Positions 28,487 to 37,250 of a stretch of DNA of 64,000 bases are shown here, in pieces (within the stretch, counting starts at the first letter, position 1; each line of letters starts with the position of its first letter). The translations under genes and the position numbers were made by a program. The notes beneath the pieces are model-generated. The model saw nothing but the letters and a program-made list of their open reading frames with translations, was not told the origin of the DNA and made no database searches. Source of the DNA: Bacteroidales bacterium (GTDB lineage Bacteria; Bacteroidota; Bacteroidia; Bacteroidales; CAIWKO01); assembly GCA_035354195.1 (NCBI GenBank), contig DAOQAT010000001.1:12369-76368 (forward strand), in the 5' to 3' direction.

Positions 28487-29695
28487 TTATTCCAGTTTAA
28501 ACGCGATCGGCAACGTCATTTGAACATCCACCGGAGCGCCTTTATCTTCACCCGGGATCCAGTCGGGCATGATAGATATAACACGGGCAGCTTCAGCATC
28601 CAAAAGGTCGTTAACTTTTTGTGAAATGCTGATGTTAGTTATTTTGCCGGTTTTTGTGACGGTAAAAGTAACCAGGACTTTTCCTTGTGTTCCATTTTTC
28701 TTGGCAGCTTCAGGGTATTTCACATTTTCAATGATAAATTTGGTCATGGCTTCCTGCCCGCCCGGGAACTCAGGCATTTTTTCAACTTGCAGATCCTTTT
28801 GGTTTTCGGTAGGTTGCGGTGATTTCTGCCCATCAGTATTGCTGTTGCACGAAAATGCCATAAACAGCGCAATAACTAATGGTAGAACAGGCAGCGCTTT
28901 CAGCAGGGAAAGCCGGCCGGAGCGTGGTTTTTTCATCATGTTTAATCGTTTTAAGGTTAATGATTTATTGAAATTATTGGCTAAACCCGGCTGCACGCCA
29001 ACAACATTACTGATCAGGAGCAGAAAATATCCGGCAGATCCCTGGGCCTGCTCCGACACTTCGGAATCAGCCAAATATTCGTGGGTTTCTTTAAGTGCAG
29101 CTTTTATCATCCAACTGGCAGGATTGAACCATGTCAGCATACAGATTATCTCGGCAAAAATGACGTCAATACTGTGTAATTGACGTATATGAACAGTTTC
29201 GTGCATGATGATTTTATCAGCCTGCTCATTTTTTAATGTTTTTTCGTTGAGGTAAATGGTTCGGAAAAATGAAAAAGGTGCAATAGTATCTTTGCACAAT
29301 GCTAAACTCACCCCGTTTTTTTTCTCAATCCGGCATTTTCTACGCACCGAAACTAGCGAAATAATTCTTGCTAAAAATCTTGCAAATAAAAAGCTACAAC
29401 CGGTAACATAGATAATAAAAACAATAGCCTTAAATGACAGGCCGCTTTGTTCAATGAAAATTCTTCCCGGATTTACCTGTATCGTTTGAAGGATATAAGT
29501 AAATCCTGTTCCGGAGATTCCGTAATCAAATGAAATGTGCAGTAAAGGAATGATGAATGATATAACTGCCGAAGCCAATAAATAAAATCGGTTGAAACGG
29601 AAATGCGTTTCTTTTTTTAATGTTATAGCATAAAGCCCGTACAACAGGATCATGCAGGCCGAAACTTTCACCAGATATATTAACAGATCAACCAT
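28487..29695 (-). CDS. BlaR1-type M56 metallopeptidase sensor fused to a TonB C-terminal domain
   Basis: Four N-terminal TM spans, HEXXH as HETVHIRQLH, and a C-terminal EKMPEFPGGQEAMTKFIIENVKYPEAAKKNGTQGKV typical of TonB_C. Start is at MVDLLIY (ATG at 29695), overlapping the blaI-like stop in ATGGTTGA. Confidence 0.85.
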   Translation of the reverse strand: MVDLLIYLVKVSACMILLYGLYAITLKKETHFRFNRFYLLASAVISFIIPLLHISFDYGISGTGFTYILQTIQVNPGRIFIEQSGLSFKAIVFIIYVTGCSFLFARFLARIISLVSVRRKCRIEKKNGVSLALCKDTIAPFSFFRTIYLNEKTLKNEQADKIIMHETVHIRQLHSIDVIFAEIICMLTWFNPASWMIKAALKETHEYLADSEVSEQAQGSAGYFLLLISNVVGVQPGLANNFNKSLTLKRLNMMKKPRSGRLSLLKALPVLPLVIALFMAFSCNSNTDGQKSPQPTENQKDLQVEKMPEFPGGQEAMTKFIIENVKYPEAAKKNGTQGKVLVTFTVTKTGKITNISISQKVNDLLDAEAARVISIMPDWIPGEDKGAPVDVQMTLPIAFKLE

Positions 29696-30068
29696 GGCTC
29701 TTTTTCTTTTTAATTTCATTATCAAGTAACTGTTTCATCTCTTCCATTTCCTCTAGGGATATTTTTTTACCTGAAGCAAAGGATGAAACAAGGCTTTTGT
29801 ATGAATTGCCAAAATAATTTTTTACGAAATTTCCCAGGTAAGCGCTGGAATATTCTTTTTTGGATATCAGCGGAAAATACTCGTACGTGCTGCCAAAGCC
29901 TGTATGAGATAAAAAACCTTTTTTTTCCAGGATCCTGATAATTGTCGAAACGGTATTGTATGCGGGTTTGGGGTCTTTAAACTTTCCGACGACATCCTTT
30001 ACAAAACATTTCTCTAATTTCCAGATGATCTGCATCACTTGTTCTTCAGCTTTGGTGAGTTCTTTCAT
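29688..30068 (-). CDS. BlaI/MecI/CopY-family winged-helix transcriptional repressor
   Basis: 126 aa. LTKAEEQVMQIIWKLEKCFVKDVV...AYNTVSTIIRILEKKGFL is the family signature. Confidence 0.9.
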   Translation of the reverse strand: MKELTKAEEQVMQIIWKLEKCFVKDVVGKFKDPKPAYNTVSTIIRILEKKGFLSHTGFGSTYEYFPLISKKEYSSAYLGNFVKNYFGNSYKSLVSSFASGKKISLEEMEEMKQLLDNEIKKKKSHG

Positions 30069-30107
30069 ATTTGCTGCTGTTTTAATATTTCTATTTTATT
30101 TCGGTTA

Positions 30108-30115
30108 CAAATATA
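30108..30115 (-). promoter_or_regulatory. candidate -7 box for the blaI-blaR1 operon (TATATTTG on minus strand)
   Basis: The plus strand reads CAAATATA, the reverse complement of TAnnTTTG, 40 nt upstream of the ATG at 30068. Confidence 0.45.
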
Positions 30116-30116
30116 C

Positions 30117-30152
30117 AACTAAATCTTTAGTTAGTCAACTAAAATATTAGTT
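30117..30152. promoter_or_regulatory. tandem palindromic operator candidates (AACTAAA-TC-TTTAGTT and AACTAA-AATA-TTAGTT)
   Basis: Two inverted repeats share the half-site AACTAA, at 30117-30132 and 30137-30152. Their centres are 20 bp apart, and they sit immediately upstream of, and abutting, the -7 box of the repressor gene. Confidence 0.55.
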
Positions 30153-30254
30153 AATCAGTTAACGGTTGATTCAGAAAGTTTACGGCAGGATGAGCATAGA
30201 GAAAGGAAAACCTGTTTGAGGATTAACTTAAATTAATAAAAACTGGCAACTGTT

Positions 30255-33200
30255 TCATTTGTTCTGTGAAACCAGCTTGCCTGATTGAATGATTTTGTTG
30301 TTAACCAGTACATTGTAATAATAAAGCCCGGAAGGAATATTACCGGTTTCAATAGTGGTTATCCCATTACCAATTGATGTAACAATTTCTTCTTTACCCA
30401 TAGTATTGTATATCCTCAGTTCAGCCTGGCCGGCCAGCAGAGCTTCATTCATTTCGAAGGTCAGTGATGTTTTGAATGGGTTTGGATACACAGCGAATTC
30501 ATCCGCATTATTAAAATCAACAGCCACCATATCTGAATAGGTGAACTTACCATCAAAATCTGTTTGTTTCAGCCGGTAATAAGATACTCCTGCAAAAGGG
30601 CTGTAATCATTAAGGCTGTATTGGAGTAATTCATTGCTGTTGCCGGCTCCCTTTACAATTCCCACCGGTTCGAAATTTGTTGCATCTTTGCTTTTTTCTA
30701 CGGTGAAATATTCATTATTATTTTCGCTGATTGTTGCCCATGTAATAGCAATATGATCACTGTTACTTTTTGCATCAAAGTTTAAAAGTGTCATTGGCAA
30801 AGGGTTGTTCCCATTTATCGACCCAAAAGTAAACGGACCGAAAGACCTTACAAAATTTGAAGTAATATTACCGGGGTTCGATGCTGTAATGGCACTTTGG
30901 CCTCTGTTTAGCCAGGACGTCCCAGACCAGCCGGCAACCACCAGGTCGTTAGTGTAGTTGTAAATATACGACCTTGATGCATTTTCCCAGTATAATTTTA
31001 CTTTAACAGAGTCACCAGCCTTTGCATCCTGCAATAAATTCCAATATTCCACTGAGCTTACATTGTGAATTGGCAGTGTGACAGCAGAGGTGTTGATGTA
31101 ACTGAAATTGAAGTATTCTGCTGTAAAAGCGGCAACAAAGGTCTGAGGTGCCGAAATTCCTATTCTTGCCCAGATATCATCTTTCCCAACAGGGTACACG
31201 AATGCGTCATTACCAACTTTTCGCATGGGCCCGTTTACAAAGCTGATATCCGAACCGGAGGTCGCCGTTGCGCTATCTGTGGCAATTAATATATTGGTCA
31301 TGGTGGTGAAAATCTTACCGGATAACAGCGTCAGTTGCTGGTTGTATTTAACCGGGAGTTGCAAAGTCAAACCATTTTGAGCATTTGACATAGTTAGCCC
31401 GTAAAGTTTGGGACTTATTGTCCCTGAAAAATACTGCCTGACAGCGCCATCAACAGTGATTGTTTTTTTGAAATGCCCGAAACCGGCATTAAAGGTAAAA
31501 TCTCCATGTAAATGAGTATCCATCTGAAGTGTCTTTATCCCGGATCCTTCCAGTACAATATTATAATATATCAGATTTTCCGGGCCAATGATAATCTGGT
31601 CAGTTAATCCTGAATAACGAACCGTGTTGTAGTTGGAACTTGCCACCAGGTATCCATGGGTAGCGAACATGGTGGCGCTTCCGCCATACGAAAGGACGGA
31701 ACCGGGTTCGTTGATCCAATGTGCACCGTTACTATCTGCATCCATATTACCGCGGATATTCATTTTTCCGAAATTGTCAATAATGTATGGCCCTTTAAAA
31801 GTAACTCCGGCATCAATATATAAGTCCGCTGTCGGGTTCACAGTTTTATTTCCATCTCTTATTCGTAAGAAATCAGTACGTATTATCCCTGTTCCATCAA
31901 TCTTCGAAGTATTATACATGTCAATGCTGGCATGTTCATTTTGCAAATAGCCGTCCACGGTTAGGTTTCCACATATAGCCATGTCAAAGGTTGAGGATGC
32001 AAAATTCATTAAAGTAGCATCGGGGCCTATATAGACATTGCCTCCGACTGAATCAACCTTGTGGAACCAGGATATTCCCGTTCCATAAATATTAAGATTC
32101 CCTCGTAAAATAAAATCTCCTAGAAATGTGGTATAACCGTTATCATAGGTATTCAGCTCCGTATTGACATAGAAGTTCATATTTGCATTTCCGCCCTCTA
32201 AAGAAGCATCTTTCATGATATTTAGCACGTCTACCTTTCTTGTTTTATCAACCAACACGCTATTGCCTGTATCAATGTATACAATGCCGGCGCCATTGGG
32301 CTGGCAGTTGCATAAAGGCCCTTCGGCAATTATGGACCAGATATTATCGGTCCAGTTTCCGCTGATTTTTGAATAATAATAAGCAGCCGGGACAACCTTT
32401 CGGCAACCTGCCGGAGATGGTGTCGACATGTTTGTTATAGGAACCCCATTCATAACAAATGAAATCAATGATGCATCAAGCCTGTTCCCATCATTGTCGG
32501 TATATGCATCACCGGGTACATCATAACATAAATAAAAATAAATGGTTGAAACGTTGGTATTATAAGTGCCTGTTACACTGAAATTCATTGAAGAAAGATT
32601 ACTCACGGATCCGAATAAAGAAGCTGTGGAATAATTAAATACAGAAGATGTTGAGTAATAAACCTTTGCTTGTGATATGTTCCGCAATGAGTCGGTACCA
32701 TCTGTTCCGGCTGCAGAAAAATTAAACTGTGTTATTTGAGATCCGCAGTTTCCCGAGCCATTAATCTTGATACTTAAAATGGGATTATTAATAGAAAATT
32801 GATTGATATCCGTAGTCGTCAGCAATTGGGTGACCGCACTGGACAAATAAGTATACGGAGCCTTTGACGAAAACGTTCCGAACGGGTTTGAAGCTGGTGG
32901 ATTACTTGTTGCATTGTCAATTTTAAAAGTCCCATTATTTGGTGAGACTCCCCTGATCATGGTCAGACTTTTAAATGAATTTATGGCCCTGATTTCAAAA
33001 TTATTGAAGTAAATAGTATTATAATCTACATTTACTCCGGAGGTTGTAATCCAAACAGTAAACTGAGTAACACTGTTAAATTTAAAAGAATCAATAACCA
33101 CTTCTGGTGAAATGACCTGATTCACAGTAACACTTGCTGTTGTCGCCGTGGTTTTAAATTCCAGCCCTGCAGGGAGCGTAATTACCAGTGTTTTATTCAT

Positions 33201-33392
33201 CTGGTTTTTTGTAAACCCTTCAGACCCGCTGATTGCTGTTTCGGTAATAGAAAAATTTGCGGATACATAATTGGTCGGATATGTGGTGCTACACCATTCA
33301 TAATTAAAGGGCGTAATAATATATGAACCAAAAACCTGAAGTGATAATAATAAAACCGGCACTATTAATAAAGTACGTATAATTTTTTTCAT
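30255..33392 (-). CDS. large T9SS cargo surface protein (adhesin-like), 1045 aa
   Basis: It has a signal peptide, an SGNWTDNIWS motif, beta-rich Asn/Thr/Gly-rich repeats, and a Por secretion tail VYPNPFKTSLTF...GLYYYNV. Confidence 0.8.
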   Translation of the reverse strand: MKKIIRTLLIVPVLLLSLQVFGSYIITPFNYEWCSTTYPTNYVSANFSITETAISGSEGFTKNQMNKTLVITLPAGLEFKTTATTASVTVNQVISPEVVIDSFKFNSVTQFTVWITTSGVNVDYNTIYFNNFEIRAINSFKSLTMIRGVSPNNGTFKIDNATSNPPASNPFGTFSSKAPYTYLSSAVTQLLTTTDINQFSINNPILSIKINGSGNCGSQITQFNFSAAGTDGTDSLRNISQAKVYYSTSSVFNYSTASLFGSVSNLSSMNFSVTGTYNTNVSTIYFYLCYDVPGDAYTDNDGNRLDASLISFVMNGVPITNMSTPSPAGCRKVVPAAYYYSKISGNWTDNIWSIIAEGPLCNCQPNGAGIVYIDTGNSVLVDKTRKVDVLNIMKDASLEGGNANMNFYVNTELNTYDNGYTTFLGDFILRGNLNIYGTGISWFHKVDSVGGNVYIGPDATLMNFASSTFDMAICGNLTVDGYLQNEHASIDMYNTSKIDGTGIIRTDFLRIRDGNKTVNPTADLYIDAGVTFKGPYIIDNFGKMNIRGNMDADSNGAHWINEPGSVLSYGGSATMFATHGYLVASSNYNTVRYSGLTDQIIIGPENLIYYNIVLEGSGIKTLQMDTHLHGDFTFNAGFGHFKKTITVDGAVRQYFSGTISPKLYGLTMSNAQNGLTLQLPVKYNQQLTLLSGKIFTTMTNILIATDSATATSGSDISFVNGPMRKVGNDAFVYPVGKDDIWARIGISAPQTFVAAFTAEYFNFSYINTSAVTLPIHNVSSVEYWNLLQDAKAGDSVKVKLYWENASRSYIYNYTNDLVVAGWSGTSWLNRGQSAITASNPGNITSNFVRSFGPFTFGSINGNNPLPMTLLNFDAKSNSDHIAITWATISENNNEYFTVEKSKDATNFEPVGIVKGAGNSNELLQYSLNDYSPFAGVSYYRLKQTDFDGKFTYSDMVAVDFNNADEFAVYPNPFKTSLTFEMNEALLAGQAELRIYNTMGKEEIVTSIGNGITTIETGNIPSGLYYYNVLVNNKIIQSGKLVSQNK

Positions 33393-33588
33393 ATGCTTGT
33401 TTTAAAATGTTAATAATCAATGACTTGGTATGATTTTATGATTTTCCAGTATTACCCTAATTATTGGTTTAAAGATAAAACCTTCAAATACTGTTTCAAT
33501 CAGGATTGAACTAAATTCTATGAGTGTTTCCCTAAACAGAATTTTAGGGATACACTAAACAACATTGCGTTTTTCGCAGCTTTTTATA

Positions 33589-33596
33589 TATGTTTG
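33589..33596 (+). promoter_or_regulatory. possible -7 box (TATGTTTG) far upstream of clpB
   Basis: Exact TAnnTTTG, but 170 nt upstream of the ATG, which implies a long leader. Uncertain. Confidence 0.25.
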
Positions 33597-33766
33597 CAAA
33601 AAATAAAAAAAGTATTAAAAATTCAATTCCTTGTGATTTTGTAAATAACCTTTTGAATTGCTGCTAATTTGTCTTTAAATGTGCAATTTTGACAGCTGCG
33701 CTTTTCCTTTTCCCAACCGGCACTGCTTTTGATGAACCATCCGGAAAATAGTCAGGAGGATACAAA

Positions 33767-36346
33767 ATGAATTTTAACAATTTTACTATAAAATCTCAGG
33801 AAGCTGTGCAAAAAGCGCAGGAAATAGCATCCGCCTTTCAGCATCAGCAGATCGAAAATGCTCATTTATTGAAAGGTATGCTTAGCGTTGATGAAAATGT
33901 GGTGCCTTACCTTTTACAGAAATTAAACGTCAATGTGCCGGTTTTCAAAAAAGCACTTGACAAGATTATAGAATCTTTTCCAAAGGTTTCAGGTGGCGAG
34001 CAATACCTTTCGCGTGATGCAAACAAAGTGGTAACAAAAGCTGCTGATATAGCCAAAGAAATGGGTGATGAATTTGTTGCCATCGAACACCTGCTTCTTG
34101 CTATGTTGTCGGGTGATGACACCGTTGCCCGCCTGCTGAAAGACAATGGTGTCAATGCTAAAGACTTGCGCACTGCCATTACAGAACTTCGCAGGGGATC
34201 GAAGGTGAACAGCCAGTCGGCAGAAGAAACCTATAATGCCCTGAACAAATATGCGCGCAACCTCAACGATCTGGCGCGTTCCGGAAAACTTGACCCGGTG
34301 ATTGGGCGGGATGACGAGATAAGAAGAGTGCTGCAGATATTGTCGCGGCGCACGAAAAATAATCCTATTCTGATTGGTGAACCCGGTGTCGGAAAAACCG
34401 CCATTGCTGAAGGTATTGCTCACCGTATTATTCAGGGTGACATCCCGGAAAACCTGAAGTCAAAACAACTGTACTCACTTGATATGGGAGCCCTGATAGC
34501 CGGAGCAAAATATAAAGGTGAATTTGAAGAACGTCTGAAAAGTGTCATCAAAGAAGTAATTTCTTCCGAAGGAGAGATCATCCTTTTTATTGATGAGATC
34601 CACACACTGGTTGGAGCGGGAGCCAGCGAAGGCGCCATGGATGCGGCCAATATTCTAAAACCGGCCCTGGCACGTGGAGAACTGAGGGCTATCGGCGCCA
34701 CGACGCTCAAAGAATACCAGAAATATTTTGAAAAGGATAAAGCGCTTGAAAGGCGTTTCCAGATGGTGATGGTTGACGAGCCTTCTGCAGCGGATTCTAT
34801 TTCTATACTTCGGGGCCTGAAGTCAAGGTACGAAACCTACCACCAGGTTCGTATCAAAGACGAAGCTATCATTGCGGCTGTAGAGCTTTCGCAGCGCTAT
34901 ATCACCGATCGTTTTTTGCCTGATAAAGCCATCGACCTGATTGATGAAGCGGCTGCCCGGCTGCGCATTGAAATCAATTCAGTGCCCGAAGAGCTGGATG
35001 AAGTGGACCGTCATATCCGCCAGCTTGAGATTGAACGTGAAGCTATCAAACGAGAAAATGATAAAGCAAAGCTTGAAGCCCTGAACAGTGAAATTGCCGG
35101 CCTGAAGGATGAACACAGCCGGATGAAGGCCAAATGGCAACAAGAGAAGGAAGTTGTTGAAAGCATCCAGCAACGAAAAAAAGAAATTGAAAATTTCAAG
35201 TTCGAGGCCGATGCAGCCGAACGTGAAGGCAATTACGGGCTGGTTGCAGAATTGCGCTATGGAAAGATCAAAGAGGCCGAAGCGGCACTGGAAAAACTTA
35301 AGGAAATAAAATCAGGATCCGTGATGATAAATGAAGAGGTTGATGCAGAACTGATAGCTCAAATAGTTTCCAAATGGACCGGAATACCTGTGAATAAAAT
35401 GCTGGAAAGCGAAAAGGAAAAGCTGCTTCATCTTGAAGACGAATTGCATAAACGGGTGATTGGCCAGGAAGATGCCATTGTTGCCGTGTCGGATGCTATC
35501 CGTAGAAGCCGCGCAGGGTTGCAGGATTCAAGAAAACCCATCGGCTCATTTTTATTCATGGGTACGACCGGCGTTGGTAAAACTGAATTGGCAAAAGCTT
35601 TAGCTGAATACCTGTTCAGTGATGAAAATGCGCTGGTGCGTATTGATATGTCGGAATACCAGGAACGCCATACGGTTTCACGTTTGGTGGGGGCGCCTCC
35701 GGGTTACGTGGGTTACGAAGAAAGCGGACAGCTTACCGAAGCCGTGCGCCGCAAGCCTTATTCTGTGGTGCTGCTTGATGAGATTGAGAAAGCACATCCC
35801 GATGTTTTTAACATTTTGCTTCAGGTACTCGATGATGGCCGCCTCACAGACAACAAGGGGAGAACAGCCGACTTCAAGAATACGATTATCATCATGACGT
35901 CCAACATTGGCTCACACATTATTCAGGAAAAATTTTCAACACTGAGCGAAAAAAACAGGGAGACGATCATCAATGATACCCGCACGGAAGTAATTGGGCT
36001 GCTCAAACAAACCATACGGCCGGAATTCCTGAACCGTATTGATGAAATCATTATGTTCAGCCCGCTGACAAAGGATGAAATCAAACAGATCGTTCGGCTC
36101 CAATTGGGAAATACCGAAAAAATGCTTGAACAGAACGGTATTGTCTTGAAAGTGACCGGAGTAGCCATTGATAAGATTGCTGAATTAGGATACGATCCGA
36201 ACTATGGCGCCCGACCGGTAAAAAGAGTTATACAGCAGGAAGTGCTGAACAAACTCGCAAAACAAATAATTTCCGGTGCGGTTCAAAAAGATTCAACCAT
36301 TGAACTCCGGTATGCCAAAGGTGACTTTGAGTTTGTGAATCTTTGA
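33767..36346 (+). CDS. clpB: ATP-dependent chaperone/disaggregase ClpB
   Basis: 859 aa. It has the Clp N domain, two AAA+ modules (GEPGVGKTA and GTTGVGKTE), and a long coiled-coil middle domain. Confidence 0.97.
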   Translation: MNFNNFTIKSQEAVQKAQEIASAFQHQQIENAHLLKGMLSVDENVVPYLLQKLNVNVPVFKKALDKIIESFPKVSGGEQYLSRDANKVVTKAADIAKEMGDEFVAIEHLLLAMLSGDDTVARLLKDNGVNAKDLRTAITELRRGSKVNSQSAEETYNALNKYARNLNDLARSGKLDPVIGRDDEIRRVLQILSRRTKNNPILIGEPGVGKTAIAEGIAHRIIQGDIPENLKSKQLYSLDMGALIAGAKYKGEFEERLKSVIKEVISSEGEIILFIDEIHTLVGAGASEGAMDAANILKPALARGELRAIGATTLKEYQKYFEKDKALERRFQMVMVDEPSAADSISILRGLKSRYETYHQVRIKDEAIIAAVELSQRYITDRFLPDKAIDLIDEAAARLRIEINSVPEELDEVDRHIRQLEIEREAIKRENDKAKLEALNSEIAGLKDEHSRMKAKWQQEKEVVESIQQRKKEIENFKFEADAAEREGNYGLVAELRYGKIKEAEAALEKLKEIKSGSVMINEEVDAELIAQIVSKWTGIPVNKMLESEKEKLLHLEDELHKRVIGQEDAIVAVSDAIRRSRAGLQDSRKPIGSFLFMGTTGVGKTELAKALAEYLFSDENALVRIDMSEYQERHTVSRLVGAPPGYVGYEESGQLTEAVRRKPYSVVLLDEIEKAHPDVFNILLQVLDDGRLTDNKGRTADFKNTIIIMTSNIGSHIIQEKFSTLSEKNRETIINDTRTEVIGLLKQTIRPEFLNRIDEIIMFSPLTKDEIKQIVRLQLGNTEKMLEQNGIVLKVTGVAIDKIAELGYDPNYGARPVKRVIQQEVLNKLAKQIISGAVQKDSTIELRYAKGDFEFVNL

Positions 36347-36393
36347 TGCGTCCGCTGTTAAACGCGCACAGGCTCCATCATATTTTTTTGAAG

Positions 36394-36492
36394 TTCACCT
36401 TGTTGGGTTTGTTGGGCTCAGCTAAAAATATAATTCCTGATCTCAGGATTTTAAGCTACCTTTGTTTCAGATAACTGCAAGGTGAATTTTTT
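36394..36492 (+). terminator. nested-hairpin element ending in a T6 run (clpB terminator, or a structured RNA)
   Basis: The outer perfect 9-bp stem is TTCACCTTG (36394-36402) with CAAGGTGAA (36478-36486), followed by TTTTTT. The inner imperfect hairpin spans 36420-36457 (AGCTAAAAATATAATTCCTGA-TC-TCAGGATTTTAAGCT). Confidence 0.45.
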
Positions 36493-36616
36493 GTTGCCGC
36501 TTCAATTTATGCTACCTGGCAGTTTTGGATCAGCATATTTATATACCCGGTAAGGGTTTTACAGAATTCATTGTTTTATAAACTTAAAATTATCAGTAAG
36601 GGGAAACGTAAAAATT

Positions 36617-37075
36617 ATGGGCAGAATGCACGAAACCAGCAACAAAAAAGAAATACAAAATAAGAAAGATAAAAAAAGAAAAGAAAAAGAAAAAAAAAGG
36701 CTGGAACGAAAAGAAAACAGTAAGAAATCAGGTGGTTTGGATGATATGATCGCCTACGTGGACCAATATGGGAACATCACCTCAGAACCGCAGGACCTGT
36801 CCAAAAGAGAAACGATCAATGCGGAAGATATCGAAATAAAAGTTGAAAGAAACCGAAACGATGAGCCTCAGGCTACCATCCGTAAGGGGATCATAACTTT
36901 TTTTAATGATTCCAAAGGTTTTGGTTTCATCAAAGACCTGGACACACAGGAAAGCATTTTTGTTCATTTAAAAGGATTACTGGAACCCGTTAAAGAAGAC
37001 AATAAAGTGGTTTTTGAGGTTGAAAAAGGCCTCAAGGGGCTCAATGCTTATAATGTAAAAATTGACCGCTCCTGA
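36617..37075 (+). CDS. cold-shock-domain protein with a Lys/Glu-rich N-terminal extension
   Basis: The C-terminal GIITFFNDSKGFGFIKDLDTQESIFVH is a CSD RNP-1-like motif. The N-terminal ~45 aa are KKEIQNKKDKKRKEKEKKRLERKENSKK. Confidence 0.85.
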   Translation: MGRMHETSNKKEIQNKKDKKRKEKEKKRLERKENSKKSGGLDDMIAYVDQYGNITSEPQDLSKRETINAEDIEIKVERNRNDEPQATIRKGIITFFNDSKGFGFIKDLDTQESIFVHLKGLLEPVKEDNKVVFEVEKGLKGLNAYNVKIDRS

Positions 37076-37250
37076 CAATTATTTGCCTGCAATTGGTTAT
37101 AATCACCGGCTAAAATTCCATAAAAAACAGGTGGCACAGCTTGTATCGTTCCATGATTACCTTGCCATTACCTTGTAATAATCAACCTAAAACTGATTTA
37201 TAAATGCGGGCATTGTTCTAATTTGTATTTTTGGCTATAAATCAGCATCT

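Noticed and set aside
28569-29183. 204-aa plus-strand ORF
   Set aside because: It is antisense to the BlaR1-TonB gene, whose HEXXH and TonB_C motifs clearly fix the real strand.
33650-33680. Sigma-32-like heat-shock promoter (CTTTTGAA-N15-CTTTAAAT) upstream of clpB
   Set aside because: It only partially matches the proteobacterial CTTGAA/CCCCATnT consensus, and that consensus is not established for Bacteroidota.
33393-33766. The largest intergenic gap, scanned for tRNA or small RNA genes
   Set aside because: There is no T-arm (GGTTCGAAT-like) or cloverleaf-compatible segment. I saw only one short palindrome and promoter-like boxes.
36690-36698. A9 homopolymer in the cold-shock-domain gene as a phase-variation switch
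   Set aside because: It is simply the coding of a Lys-rich tract (AAA/AAG codons). There is no evidence of length heterogeneity in a single sequence.
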